Source: an uncultured Armatimonadia bacterium
GTDB taxonomy: Bacteria; Armatimonadota; Zipacnadia; CAVVLO01
Assembly (NCBI GenBank): GCA_963749155.1
Contig: CAVVLO010000002.1
Span: forward strand, 800,001 to 864,000
DNA: 64,000 nt
Direction of reading: 5' to 3'
The position numbers were made by a program, and so were the translations under genes. How positions within the stretch are numbered: position 1 is the stretch's first letter; every line of letters starts with the position of its first letter. Under the pieces are notes generated by a model. The model saw only the letters and a program-made list of their open reading frames with translations. It had not been told where the DNA came from and did no database searches. Positions 37,482 through 47,619 of this stretch are shown one piece after another.

Positions 37482-37588
37482 CGGGCGACCTCCGAGCGTA
37501 AAGAGCGATGGGAGATACTACGCCACGGCGAGAAGAAGCCCTGCTGTCACCGCCTGGGCGGGCCGGCGCAGACAAGGCGCAGAGCAGG

Positions 37589-37783
37589 CTAGCGCTTCAC
37601 GAAGAACTTGCCCCGAAGAGCAAGCCAGATTGCATACAGCAGGGCAAGACCACCGATGGTAAGTGCGATCACAGCGCCGGTGGGGTCGGCCTGCCGTCCC
37701 AGGAAGCCAGGATGCGCCTCCGGATTGGTAGCGAGGGCCGGCCAGGCAAGCAGCAGGCTCCCGAGCAGTATAGCCAGCTTCAT
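37589..37783 (-). CDS. Small membrane protein (signal peptide plus one TM and a basic tail)
   Basis: MKLAILLGSLLLAWPALA...IALTIGGLALLYAIWLALRGKFFVKR; AAGGTGG RBS. Confidence 0.6.
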   Translation of the reverse strand: MKLAILLGSLLLAWPALATNPEAHPGFLGRQADPTGAVIALTIGGLALLYAIWLALRGKFFVKR

Positions 37784-37809
37784 CGTTTCCACCTTCGTTA
37801 TTCTGCAAT

Positions 37810-38946
37810 TTATTTGGTCCGAGTCAGGCGCTCCACCTTCGGACGGTTGTGGCGAGTCACGATCCACGCTGTTCGAGCTTGACCAGCCCGAATCCCGAGT
37901 ACGGCCGAGGAAGAGCAGGAGACAGCAGATGCGACCTGTCCAGATACTGCATCCCTTGCAGTTACAGCTTCAGAAGATAGTCTACGTGGCCGGTGGCGCA
38001 CATACAAGTTGCTAGCTCCGAGACGTGCGCCTGGTGCACATCTATTCGCAACGGCCCAGATCAATACCGAACCGTAGCGGTCAGGCCGCTGAGGTATGTC
38101 GGGGCCGATCTTTGCTGGCTTGGCGTCGCTCGATCCTTGGTACTTTGGTGCAGGCTCACCGCCAAGCGGTCGACGAAAACGATCGTCACCGGAATTCGCA
38201 TCAACCGCGACTGTGACTGGCAGACCGGCCTCTATCTCGGTTTCAGTCTGGTCCTCGAACCTGAGCTGGTAGACCAGTTGGCCATCTGCAGTGGCGACCA
38301 GCACATTCTCTGTTGGTGTCTTGCCGTCCAGGTCTTCATACTCGTCGACTGCCGCGTCGATGGCATCCTGAGCCGATAACGTTGGCGATGACTCAGCCCC
38401 CTGCCCCAGTGCGCCCTCATGGCACACGTAGCCAGCGATGTCACCGGTAGCGAGGGCTACCAGCACTGTACATCCCCCCACGTCAGTGATCGCACCATTG
38501 GCCAGTTCGCGATAGAAGGTGACCCTGTAGTCGCCTGCTTGGTACCCGTGCTGCGTCTCCCACTGATACTGAGTTGAACCCACTCCGATGCGCTTGGGCG
38601 AACTGGAGCGCAAGGCTCTCGGCTTGCGCTTCTGTTATCGACGAACCCGAGTAACCATCTGCGTAGAGCACAGACTCCGACATGTGGTGACGGGTACTCA
38701 GCGACCGTGTAGAGCTCCGTCCGCGAGGAGTCGAACACTGCAGTTGCAGTGTATACATTGAAGGTCGACGAACCAAGCCCCACTGGGTAGTCAGTAGGCT
38801 GTCCCCGCGTTGGCAGTGACTTCGAGGCTCTGATCTCCCTCGAAGTCTCGAACGGCCTGCACGATGGCAGCCTCTGTGATGGAGAAGGCGGGCAAGCAAA
38901 GGGCGGTAACAAGTGCAAGCAGCAGAAGCGGCGCAACAAGTTTCAT
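37810..38946 (-). CDS. Paralog 3 of the PepSY-like secreted protein (frameshifted)
   Basis: MKLVAPLLLLALVTALCLPAFS-ITEAAIVQAVRDFEG; YRVTFYRELANG, LSAQDAIDAA...VAVDANSG; GAGG RBS; split across several frames. Confidence 0.7.
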
Positions 38947-39055
38947 CCTCTACACCTCGTGAAAGGAGATTAGTATGGGCCTCTTAGGTTATTATACACC
39001 CAATTAGTCTCTACCCCCCCCCCGAGATATTAAATTATTCTAAAGTTTAGTTGCC

Positions 39056-41324
39056 CTACCCTCCCAGATCGCTGATGGTTATCTGGCTCTGGCAGTCGTC
39101 CAGCGTGTCGCAGAACTTGTCCGGCCAGGGCCACAGCCCCGCGAGGATATCTGCCATATCGTCGTGAGGGTGCACGGGCAGGTTGGGGTCGCTGGAGTAG
39201 TCGAAGAGATAACGCATCACGCAGGTGTAGGCGCCGGTGGAGGGGTCGAAGGTCTCCTCGGAAGCGCCAGGAGGCAGAGTCTTCGCGTGATGGAAGATAC
39301 CCACCGCGTGGCCGCACTCGTGGGTCGTTATAGTCTTCACCGCCTGCTCGATCTGCCCGGCCAGCCAGGCATCGTTCGGCTCGATACCCTTCCCCCGCAG
39401 TCGCTCGGTGATGGTGTCTCGCGCAGCTTCGAAGCTGGTGCGGACAGCGCTTGCGATGTTGTCCAGATACAGGACGACATAGGGCGAGACCGCCCCCGGC
39501 GATTTTGGTCCCGAGCCCTGGCAATGGCCGTTGACGCCCGCTGGACCGCCTGATTCGCCCCGCACTTCGAAGCCGTGCTGGTCTACGAGATGGTTAGTCT
39601 CGAAGTTGGCGTTTATCTGATGGGCCTTCGCCCCTGTTGGCGGGTCGGCGCGCAGCTCCTCGGCGTTGCAGTAGTGCAGCTTGACGCCGCGCAAGGCGTC
39701 CTCGAAGTAACTTGCGGCTATGAGCCCGTCGGGGTCGTAGACGAACAGGTCTTTCACCTTCGGATCCAGCCGGATATGCCGGCCCCCAACGAGGACGCCG
39801 CGATATTCTTCATAGTTGGACAGGCCATCTCCCGGCCCGCTGCCTTTGGGAGTGGCGTCGTCATCGCCCGCCGGATCGCAAGAGACCAGCTCGTGCTGGC
39901 GCTCCCAGCCGTCGGCGATGCCATTTGAGTCATCGTCTTGCGGCACGGGCAGGAAGGGGGTGCCCAGGGCCTCGTAATGGGCTGCGATAGCCTGGTCAGG
40001 CTCGGTCTCCAGCCTGGCCTCGGCCAGCACCTTGCACGAGCCGCCATAGTCGTTAGAGGCTACCGTGATGGTCGCCTCGGTCACCGGGTCGCGCGTGCGC
40101 GCCGTAAGGCCATCCTCCGAGACCCAGATAGACTCCGAAGTAAACTGGCGAGATATCTCCATATCGTAGCGCTTGCTCGGGTCGTCCTTCGGCCAGTTGC
40201 AGGCGACGCCCGGCTCTCGGCTGATGTCCTCGAGGCGGAACTCGATGACGCCCTTGGCGCCCTGCGGCTCCTCGATACGCGCGGTCACTTCAAGCAGGTT
40301 GGGCGCCGCGCCCCCTAGCAGGCCGGGCAACCAGTCGGGGTAGCTCTGGGCAGGTTCGAGGACGACCTTCCCATCGCCTCCTTCCAGGTTGAAGCACCAA
40401 CTGATGCTGTAATGCACCGGAACCAGCGTCTCGGCCAGGCCCTCTCTCACTTCGGAGAGGTCTGTCTGCAACTCGCCAGTCTCGGGGTCGCGAGGGTAGA
40501 GCGCTCCGACAGTCGTGACGTCCATAACGCTGCCCAGCATCGGCACCGTGGCGCTGCCTGAGACGAAGGCGCTGCCGGGCTTCCAGGGACGCTCGAATTT
40601 GGATTCTTCAGGCTTCTCGGCAGGCGCGCCAATCGACCAGGAGCCTTCGTAGGTGTTGACCTCATTAACACCGGGTGCTGACACCCTCTCGGTGAGGGTG
40701 CCCTTCGGCCCAGCAAGAGGGCAGATCTATATGCGCTAATCCCTTGCCCGGATTGACCCTGACCGTGACCCAGGTGCGCACAGCAGTCGGCTTGTAGGAG
40801 TAGTTTTCTGTGTGGCTGGCCTGTAGTGACTTCGATATCGTGACTTTGCCCTCTTCTGTCATCGCGCTCTGTTCGCTGTAGTGGTTCAGGTGGGCGACAA
40901 ACCGGCCTTCAGGATCGACAGTATCAAGCTCGCCGGTGACTGGATCGTATTCGCAATGGCAGCCAGTGACGAAGCCTTGCACATGAGCCGACTCACGTTT
41001 GGAACAGGAAAGCTCCCCAAGTGCGCGACCTCCCCCGGACACGCGGTGGATGGTGAAAGTACCGCTGAAGGGCACTTCCACCCAGTGGTCGGGGTCGGGC
41101 TCCGGCTCCTCATCGTCAGCGCGCTGCTGTTCTTCCATCTCTTCGATAAGCTTCTGAAGCTGCTCCATCAACGCCGCGGGAGGTAGCTCGCCCTTGTTAA
41201 TATAAGTCTCCATCTGCTGCTGGACCGACTCAAGCTGGGCTTCGAGGTCGTCCTGGGTGACTGCCAGCGCGCAGCAAAACGCGACCAGCAGGAGGAGGAA
41301 TAACAACACCTGGCCTGTTTTCAT
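39056..41324 (-). CDS. Large secreted protein with Ca-binding DxDxxG motifs and a C-terminal metzincin-like zinc motif (frameshift near 40690)
   Basis: Signal peptide MKTGQVLLFLLLL; DDDSNGIADGWE, DGLSNYEEYRG; HECGHAVGIFHH (HExxHxxGxxH) followed by CVMRY, a Met-turn-like motif. Confidence 0.7.
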
Positions 41325-41386
41325 AAGGCTTCCCTCCAAAGAGGAAATCGCAAAGCCTGCTTATTCATTATATACCTGAGGGCAGG

Positions 41387-44300
41387 CTAGTCCGAGAGCT
41401 TAAATCGGAAGCGCCGGGTAAGCCTCTCATCTCCCGGAGTGTCCAGCGGCAAGGTGTAAGTGACCTGCCAGGCGCCAGTCTCGGCCTCATAGTTGGTCTG
41501 CCAGAAGTCGCTGCCATGGACTGACTGGTCTACCACCCGCCACTCACCCCCCGGCAGGCCCTCCTCCAGCACCGGCAGGCGATAGTCTTTGAGGCCTGCG
41601 AAGGTGACGGGCAGATAACCCAACCCGCCGGTGAGGGAGAACTCCGCCTGGCCGGTCTCGTCTACCTCGATCAGCGCCGGCCAAAGGCGCTTCAGACTGC
41701 CTCGGTCGACCTTGAAGGCTACGTCGTTGCCAGCAGCCTCGCGCTGAAGCAACTGCCAGGTGTTCTCCCACTTGCCAAGCGCGACCCTGAGGGCTTCGTT
41801 TGGCCCGTAATAGTCGCGCTGGAACTGGGGCAGGATGACCTGCTCGAAGGTCGCCTCGACATAGTCGCCAGGCTGAAGCTCGGTCACATCCGGAGGAAGC
41901 ACCAGGTCTACCACGGTGCCGTTGATGCCGGTCGCGTGGACGCCGCGTTCTCTGGCCCAGGGAGAGGCCGGCTTGCCCCCGAGTTGGGCTGTCCACTCGC
42001 GCACGAGGAGGCCACGGTTGGCGATAGCACCGGATGGCTCGCTTGGGGCAGGCACTGCCTCATGCTGAGAGACCCAGGGCGCGCGTCCGGTCAGTTCGAT
42101 GGCTGGGCCTTTGTATTCCTTGCCGCCTGGCTCAGCGTCCCACTCTTTCTGAAGGCCAGCGGTGTTGCCCCAGGCCAGTTTGGGTGTCGCGATACAGTTG
42201 TAGGTGTCCGAGCCGACCTGGAAAAGCGCAAGCCGCGAGGGAGAGGTGGCCTTTAACACGTCCAGACGCAGGTGGTAAAGCCCTCGCACATAATCGTCCG
42301 TGCGCCAGAGGCTCACTGTCACCTCGTGGGCAGAGCGCCCCATCAGCGCTGTGGCCGGCGTAAGTAACTTCGGTCAGGACAGGGCCCTGACGCAGGTATC
42401 TCTCGCGCATCCCGGCAGGGAACTGGCGCTCTCCGGCCGCGTCGAAATAGCGCACCAGATCGCCGCCCCCGACATTGTTGGTCCAGGTCCACTTGTTCTG
42501 CTGGTCGGCGGTTGAGCGCATCCCGCTGACCATCAAGGGGCGCACATCACAGATAAGCGTGTGGGCCTGAGCCTGGTCGGGCTCATAACAGATAGACTCG
42601 CCCCAGCAGCCGATGGCGCTCTGATCCCACACCTGGTTGCTGCCCCAGCCGATAAGGCAAAGCTGCGCATGCGAGGCCGCCCCGACTCCGCCCCAATGCG
42701 CCCAGGCCAGCCGGAATTCCAGGTTGAGGGTCGAATTCGCCGGCACCCGCACGAAGCTGAAGGCATGCAGCCAGGCGCCCTGATACCGCAGCTTAAGGCT
42801 CGGTTGATAGTGCCAGTTTTTGCTGAGCTGCACCGGCAGACCGCAAGGCACTCCTGCCTCATCGCAGAGCAGTGGCGAAAGCCCGGTCGGAGGTGCGATA
42901 CCGGCGACCCCCAGGCTGTGGTCTGGCTTGTTGAAGAGCAACCTGAAGGTCTGTTCTGCTTCAGTTGGATTGGAAAGGGTGACAGCGACCCGCTCCAGAG
43001 TATCGTTATGCTCGCCGAAACGCGCAACTTTACCCAGGTCTACCTGCCACCAGCCACGTGCTGCTTCATATTCGACTGGACACTCGATGCCATCACCCAC
43101 GGAGAGGGCCCTCACAGTGGTAGCCGGCCTGGCAGCAGCTTCAACCAGCCCATCGGAAGTCGCTTCCAGGCTCACCGAGACGGACCGGGGCGCTTCGAAG
43201 CTCCACGGCTGGCCATCTTCGGCTTCGGTCTCTTCGCGCAGGAAGGTTGTGCCGGTCTTCAGTGAGAACCCAAGTTTGGCACTCTGCCAGTCCACGGTCG
43301 GACGCTTGGCAGCGGCCTGGCCTGTTTCGTTGAAGAGCCACTCGCGCACCAGGCCTTCTGGCTGGCTTACAGTCTCGGGTGAAGCAAAATGGGATCGGAT
43401 TTCCTCGAGCGCCAAGGCCCGGTTATAGAGCCGTATCTCGTCCAGATGTCCGACAAAGTGATAGCCGTCACCAGTCTTGTCGCCGCGCCCACCGAACACC
43501 AGTGGCGTATTGGTCGAGATTCTGGGCCGTCCGATTTCGAGCGCGCGCCGTTCCTCTCCATCTACATAAAGCCGCATTGTCTGTCCGTCATAGGTCAGCG
43601 CCAGGTGGTGCCAGCTCTCGGTCGCGAGGGGTTGTTCCTGCAGGTCGAGGCTGAAGCAGTTGTCACGTCCGCCGCCAAGATTGAGGAAAGCTGCCGCGTG
43701 ACCGTTTACCAGAGCCATCCCATAGTGACCGTCAGCCCATTCGTTGCCGCCCTTGCAAGCCAGCCAGGGATAATAGGCTGTGGTCTGGGCGTTTTCAGGA
43801 AGGTAACACCACAACTCCAGTGTCAACTCGGAGGGGTCCAGTTCAGGAGAAGCCTCCACCTCAATCAGATTGGTGCCATCAAGCCCCCACCCGCCCCCAA
43901 CGCGGCCGAAAGCGGGACCTGCTGGGACTTGCTGGAGCCTCGGCCAGGCTTCGAGCAGGAAGGTCAGTCGGTCTGGCCAGGCGAGTGGTCTCGAGTCGGG
44001 CATCCAAAGGCGCCTTGTCTCCCGCCTCGTTCTCGAAAATCAACCCGGTCACATCGGCCCGCTGGATGAGTTGACCGCCCTCGATAACTCTTGGCCCATT
44101 ATGGATTGTCCACTCGCCGCCCCGGACACACTGGTAGTGTTCACCCTCCAGTATCAGGGCCAGCTCTAGGTCGGCAGAGGGCAGTGAGAGCACCTCTTCA
44201 GGCGACTCCGTCAAGGTGGAGAGATAGCTGCCAGCCTCAGGAAGCGCGCCAAGATGGGCCACTTCCATCCTCTCGACATCCAGTGCGAAGCCGTAATAAC

Positions 44301-44478
44301 CCGTGCGCACGCAGCGAAGCCAGCGACCTTCGGCATCACGCCCGCGCACACCATCGGGCCACCCCATATAGGTATAGTCGCCCACCTGAGGGGCGCAGTC
44401 GGCAGGAGTGACAATACGCTGAGCAATCGAGGGCAAGGCTACGAGCAGCAGCAGACAAACTAGTAAGAGGTAGGGCAT
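41387..44478 (-). CDS. Secreted LamG/concanavalin A-like domain protein (frameshifts near 44000 and 42335)
   Basis: Signal peptide; LTLELW...WHHLALTYDGQTMRLYVDG...FVGHLDEIRLYNRAL LamG signature; three consecutive ORFs. Confidence 0.8.
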
Positions 44479-44553
44479 ATCGGCCTCCCGGCAGCGCAGT
44501 AAGCGAACCAGGAGAACCTTCGACAGGGGGAGCTGGAATCCCGCAAGAGAGTT

Positions 44554-45468
44554 TCAGGCAAGCACTTTGGCAAGCACGAGGCCGGCAGTCAGCCCGAAAC
44601 CGACTACCATATGCACCACGATGGTCAGCGCATTGCTCCTCAGCGCCAGTGGATCGCCCACCAGCCAGAGTTTTGAGTAAGTTGCAGCGGCAGCGGCGAT
44701 TGGCAATCCTGCAAAACCAAGTAGCACCGCCATTGGCAGCACATCGAAGACCGCAAAAACCAGCAGCAGCATAAAGCCGGCGGTGAAGAGAAGCCGGAGG
44801 TTGCGCGTTGCAATCCTGAGTCCGACCCGGGTGACATGGGTGCGCTTGCCGGCGGCCGAATCGCCGGGCATATCGGGGATCTCGTTCACATACAGCACAG
44901 CCATTATGAAGAAGGCGATAACGCAGCCAAGCAGCAGCGGAGTTGGCCCGAAGCTCCCTGTCACAGCCATATAGCCCCACAGCACGGGAAGAGGTCCAAA
45001 ACCGATTCCAGTCAGCGCCTCGCCCCAACCCTTGCCCATCGCGAACACGCCAGGCGAGTTGTAAGCGAACAGCACAACGATGCCAGCTCCAGCCAGGACG
45101 GCCATCTGCCAACCCACCGCCAGAGCAAGCCAGGCGGTAAGTACGATTGCGCCAAAGAGGTAGAGCCAGATAAGGGCTTTGGCGTCGGCAAGCTGCAATT
45201 CGCCACTCTGAAGCAGCCGGCTGCCGCCCGAGAAAGGCGTGGGATTTGGGTTGGCGCGATCGCAACCGAGGACTTCGTCAGTATAATCGTTGAGGACGTT
45301 GGCTGCCGCGTGCAAGAAGCAGCCTGCCACCAGTGCGATCAGCCACAGCGACCAGGAGAAACGGCCAGTCTCATACCAGCCCAAAGCTCCACCCGCCATG
45401 ATCGGCACGATCACGGCAGTCAGGAACTGCGCCCTGATAGCGCGCAAACTGAACAGCAACACTTTCAC
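44554..45468 (-). CDS. menA: 1,4-dihydroxy-2-naphthoate prenyltransferase (UbiA family)
   Basis: NVLNDYTD...D, FSGGS, NEIPD..GD..AGKRT aspartate-rich motifs; multiple TM helices. Confidence 0.85.
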   Translation of the reverse strand: MKVLLFSLRAIRAQFLTAVIVPIMAGGALGWYETGRFSWSLWLIALVAGCFLHAAANVLNDYTDEVLGCDRANPNPTPFSGGSRLLQSGELQLADAKALIWLYLFGAIVLTAWLALAVGWQMAVLAGAGIVVLFAYNSPGVFAMGKGWGEALTGIGFGPLPVLWGYMAVTGSFGPTPLLLGCVIAFFIMAVLYVNEIPDMPGDSAAGKRTHVTRVGLRIATRNLRLLFTAGFMLLLVFAVFDVLPMAVLLGFAGLPIAAAAATYSKLWLVGDPLALRSNALTIVVHMVVGFGLTAGLVLAKVLA

Positions 45469-45611
45469 TCCAAGTCCCTCTTCCGGCCGTGGCAGCGGCC
45501 GGGGGCGAGAATAGCCTGCCTCGCCCGGCCTGTCAAAGGCGCCGGGCGATTCGCTAGCTGCCCTCTAGGTAGTGTAACCCCGAAGTGGTATATTAGGGTC
45601 AGGTGAGATAG

Positions 45612-46949
45612 ATGATACGATACAGTTTGTTTATATGCCTCCTTTCTGCACTCCTGGCGCTGCCCGCCTTCGCCCTTCAGGTGAGACTGGCCGATGCCAC
45701 GCCCGATCTGGTGAGACAGACTCCTTATGGGGAGGAGCGCCTGATTTACCTGGCGCTTGAGAATCCCGATGCCGCAACGCTTGAGGGCTTGAATCTCGAA
45801 TATGAGGCAGGGGGCAAGAGTAGTGTTCGGGCCTTGCTTCCCATATCGCAAGGAGAAGTTTGGGACACTGTCTGGGTCTGCCCGAAGTGTCCAAGTCTCA
45901 AGGGGCGCGTGGTGCGGGGTGAGGAGATACTTTGGGAAGGGCTCCTCGAAATCCCGGCCCTTGGCGAACATACCTATGTGCCGTATTCCCCTGCCGTCGA
46001 ACTGGATGACCTGAAGCCTCTGATGCTGCGCGGCACAAATTATTACCCCCAGTATCAACCCTGGCCAGGACTTTGGCGCTCGGCTTCCGATTGGGATTTC
46101 GCCCGAGACTGCGCCCTTATGAGCAGCGCCTTGTATATGAATACTTTTCGGACTTTTTTCAATGCCGATACAGAGTGGGGGCTTACGCGACCGGATGGCA
46201 CTATTACTCCCCGCGTCCTGGCTCGGTTTGGCAGACTACTGGATGCCGCGGACGAGAATCACCTCAAAGTGATGCTCTGCATCGGTGGTGTAGTTGATGT
46301 GAGTGACCTCAACGCCTGTAAACGGTTCTTCCGCACGGGAGTTGAGCCCTTCGTCTGGGATGGGCGCGTGTTGATGTGGGATGTCATAAACGAACCAGGC
46401 GGCGCTGATGGTCCAAAAGCTACGCCCGAACTTGCCAAAGCGGTCCAGGAGCTGTCAGCCTGGCTCTCGGAACTGGATGGCAACCATCTCTGGACAGTGG
46501 GGCTGGCCTGGCAGTTCGACCAGCTTTGGGAGCTTGGCGTTAAGCCGCCAGTAGGGCAATACCACAACTACTCCTCTGCCGTTGCGGTGCAACCTGTAGG
46601 AGAGCCCCCTGTGCGCAATGTCGCCGAGGACCTGACTAACACTCTGGCCTTCATCGAGCAGCGTCCTCTCATCATCGGCGAGTTTGGCCATGGCACTGCC
46701 GGCGATAGCGGCGTCAGCCTGGAACGGCAGCAGGAGATATACAGGGACTTGCTGCTTGGAGCCGAGACGGCAGGTATAGCCGGCGTCTACAACTGGACGC
46801 TATACGAGTTTAATCCAGACTGGATGGGCAAGTTCGAACAGTCTTTCGGTATCGTGCGCGTGGATGGCACTTTGAAACCTGCTGGCGAGACCCTCAGGGA
46901 TTATTATCGCAAGTGGCGGGCGCAGGTGAAGGCGCCCTGGGAGGACTAG
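45612..46949 (+). CDS. Secreted clan GH-A glycoside hydrolase (GH5/GH2-like)
   Basis: Signal peptide; RGTNYYP, NTFR, WDVINEP (acid/base), IIGEFG (nucleophile), FGIVRVDGTLKPA. Confidence 0.85.
   Translation: MIRYSLFICLLSALLALPAFALQVRLADATPDLVRQTPYGEERLIYLALENPDAATLEGLNLEYEAGGKSSVRALLPISQGEVWDTVWVCPKCPSLKGRVVRGEEILWEGLLEIPALGEHTYVPYSPAVELDDLKPLMLRGTNYYPQYQPWPGLWRSASDWDFARDCALMSSALYMNTFRTFFNADTEWGLTRPDGTITPRVLARFGRLLDAADENHLKVMLCIGGVVDVSDLNACKRFFRTGVEPFVWDGRVLMWDVINEPGGADGPKATPELAKAVQELSAWLSELDGNHLWTVGLAWQFDQLWELGVKPPVGQYHNYSSAVAVQPVGEPPVRNVAEDLTNTLAFIEQRPLIIGEFGHGTAGDSGVSLERQQEIYRDLLLGAETAGIAGVYNWTLYEFNPDWMGKFEQSFGIVRVDGTLKPAGETLRDYYRKWRAQVKAPWED
46916..46948 (+). repeat. Left 33-bp perfect direct repeat
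   Basis: GCGGGCGCAGGTGAAGGCGCCCTGGGAGGACTA, identical to 47587..47619. Confidence 0.97.
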
Positions 46950-46950
46950 A

Positions 46951-46979
46951 TTTCTGGAATATTGGCTCACTTCCAGAAA
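46951..46979. terminator. Hairpin at the 3' end of the TA operon
   Basis: TTTCTGGAA-11 nt-TTCCAGAAA inverted repeat between convergent stops. Confidence 0.55.
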
Positions 46980-46980
46980 C

Positions 46981-47262
46981 TCACAACCCAAGCTCTGAAT
47001 GGGAACCGAGGCGAACCAGCACTAACGTATCGGCCTCGGGCTTCTGGTAGATTAGAATCAGGTCAGGCTTGACATGGCAATCGCGAAAATCTTTCCAGTC
47101 GCCGATTAACGGATGATCACAGTGGCGAGGTTCCAGCGGCTGATCGTTCGCCAAGGCGTCCAATACAGGCATAAGGTGCTCTTCCAGGCTGGATCGGTGT
47201 TTACCTTTTGCCTCTCTTTTCAAGTCGCGTTTAAAGTGGCTGGTCTGCTTAATCGTGCGCAT
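46981..47262 (-). CDS. yafQ: Type II toxin, YafQ family mRNA interferase
   Basis: T..FKRDLK, DHPL.GDWKDFRDCHVKPDLILIY, RLGSHSEL. Confidence 0.93.
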   Translation of the reverse strand: MRTIKQTSHFKRDLKREAKGKHRSSLEEHLMPVLDALANDQPLEPRHCDHPLIGDWKDFRDCHVKPDLILIYQKPEADTLVLVRLGSHSELGL

Positions 47263-47509
47263 TTAGGGTATCGCGGATCTCGCCAAGTGTTGTGGTCTCA
47301 AGTTTGCCACTACGTGCTTCTCGCATAGCCGCAAGGGTTTCGGCTTTGGGAATCAGCGGCTCAAACGGCAGCGCCTTTTCTTCTGCCACTTTGATAAGCA
47401 GCAGGCGCACTGCATCAGACACTGTAAGGCCCATTGCGGCCAGTACAGCAGCAGCTTCTTTCTTAATGGCCCCATCAATGCGGGCCTGCACGAGTTGATT
47501 AGCAGCCAT
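47249..47509 (-). CDS. dinJ: Type II antitoxin, RelB/DinJ family
   Basis: VQARID..IK.EA.AVLAAMGLTVSDAVRL...EKALPF...P.AET..AM; overlaps the toxin start. Confidence 0.93.
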   Translation of the reverse strand: MAANQLVQARIDGAIKKEAAAVLAAMGLTVSDAVRLLLIKVAEEKALPFEPLIPKAETLAAMREARSGKLETTTLGEIRDTLNAHD

Positions 47510-47533
47510 AATTGGTGCTCCTTTTCTTCTTTC

Positions 47534-47552
47534 TGTATTACATTGTAATACA
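47534..47552. promoter_or_regulatory. Palindromic operator overlapping the TA promoter
   Basis: Perfect palindrome TGTATTACA-T-TGTAATACA 25 nt upstream of dinJ, containing minus-strand TACAAT. Confidence 0.8.
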
Positions 47553-47586
47553 CAACTGGTCTGGTAGCAAGCCCTGGGTTCTGAAC

Positions 47587-47619
47587 GCGGGCGCAGGTGA
47601 AGGCGCCCTGGGAGGACTA
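47587..47619 (+). repeat. Right 33-bp perfect direct repeat
   Basis: Identical to 46916..46948; supplies the GGAGG RBS for the ATG at 47620. Confidence 0.97.

Larger units (their letters stand above)
46949..47619. mobile_element. 671-bp direct-repeat-bounded toxin-antitoxin insertion
   Basis: A visibly more AT-rich segment carrying only dinJ-yafQ, an operator and a hairpin between identical 33-bp repeats. Confidence 0.8.

Noticed and set aside
23949..41324. tRNA-Ala-anchored integrative island with attL/attR
   Set aside because: No duplicate of the tRNA 3' end and no integrase were seen in the window; the accessory character alone is insufficient.
46949..47619. pdif/Xer module or IS-derived composite around the TA pair
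   Set aside because: The flanks do not resemble XerC/XerD 11-6-11 sites and no terminal inverted repeats or transposase remnants were seen.
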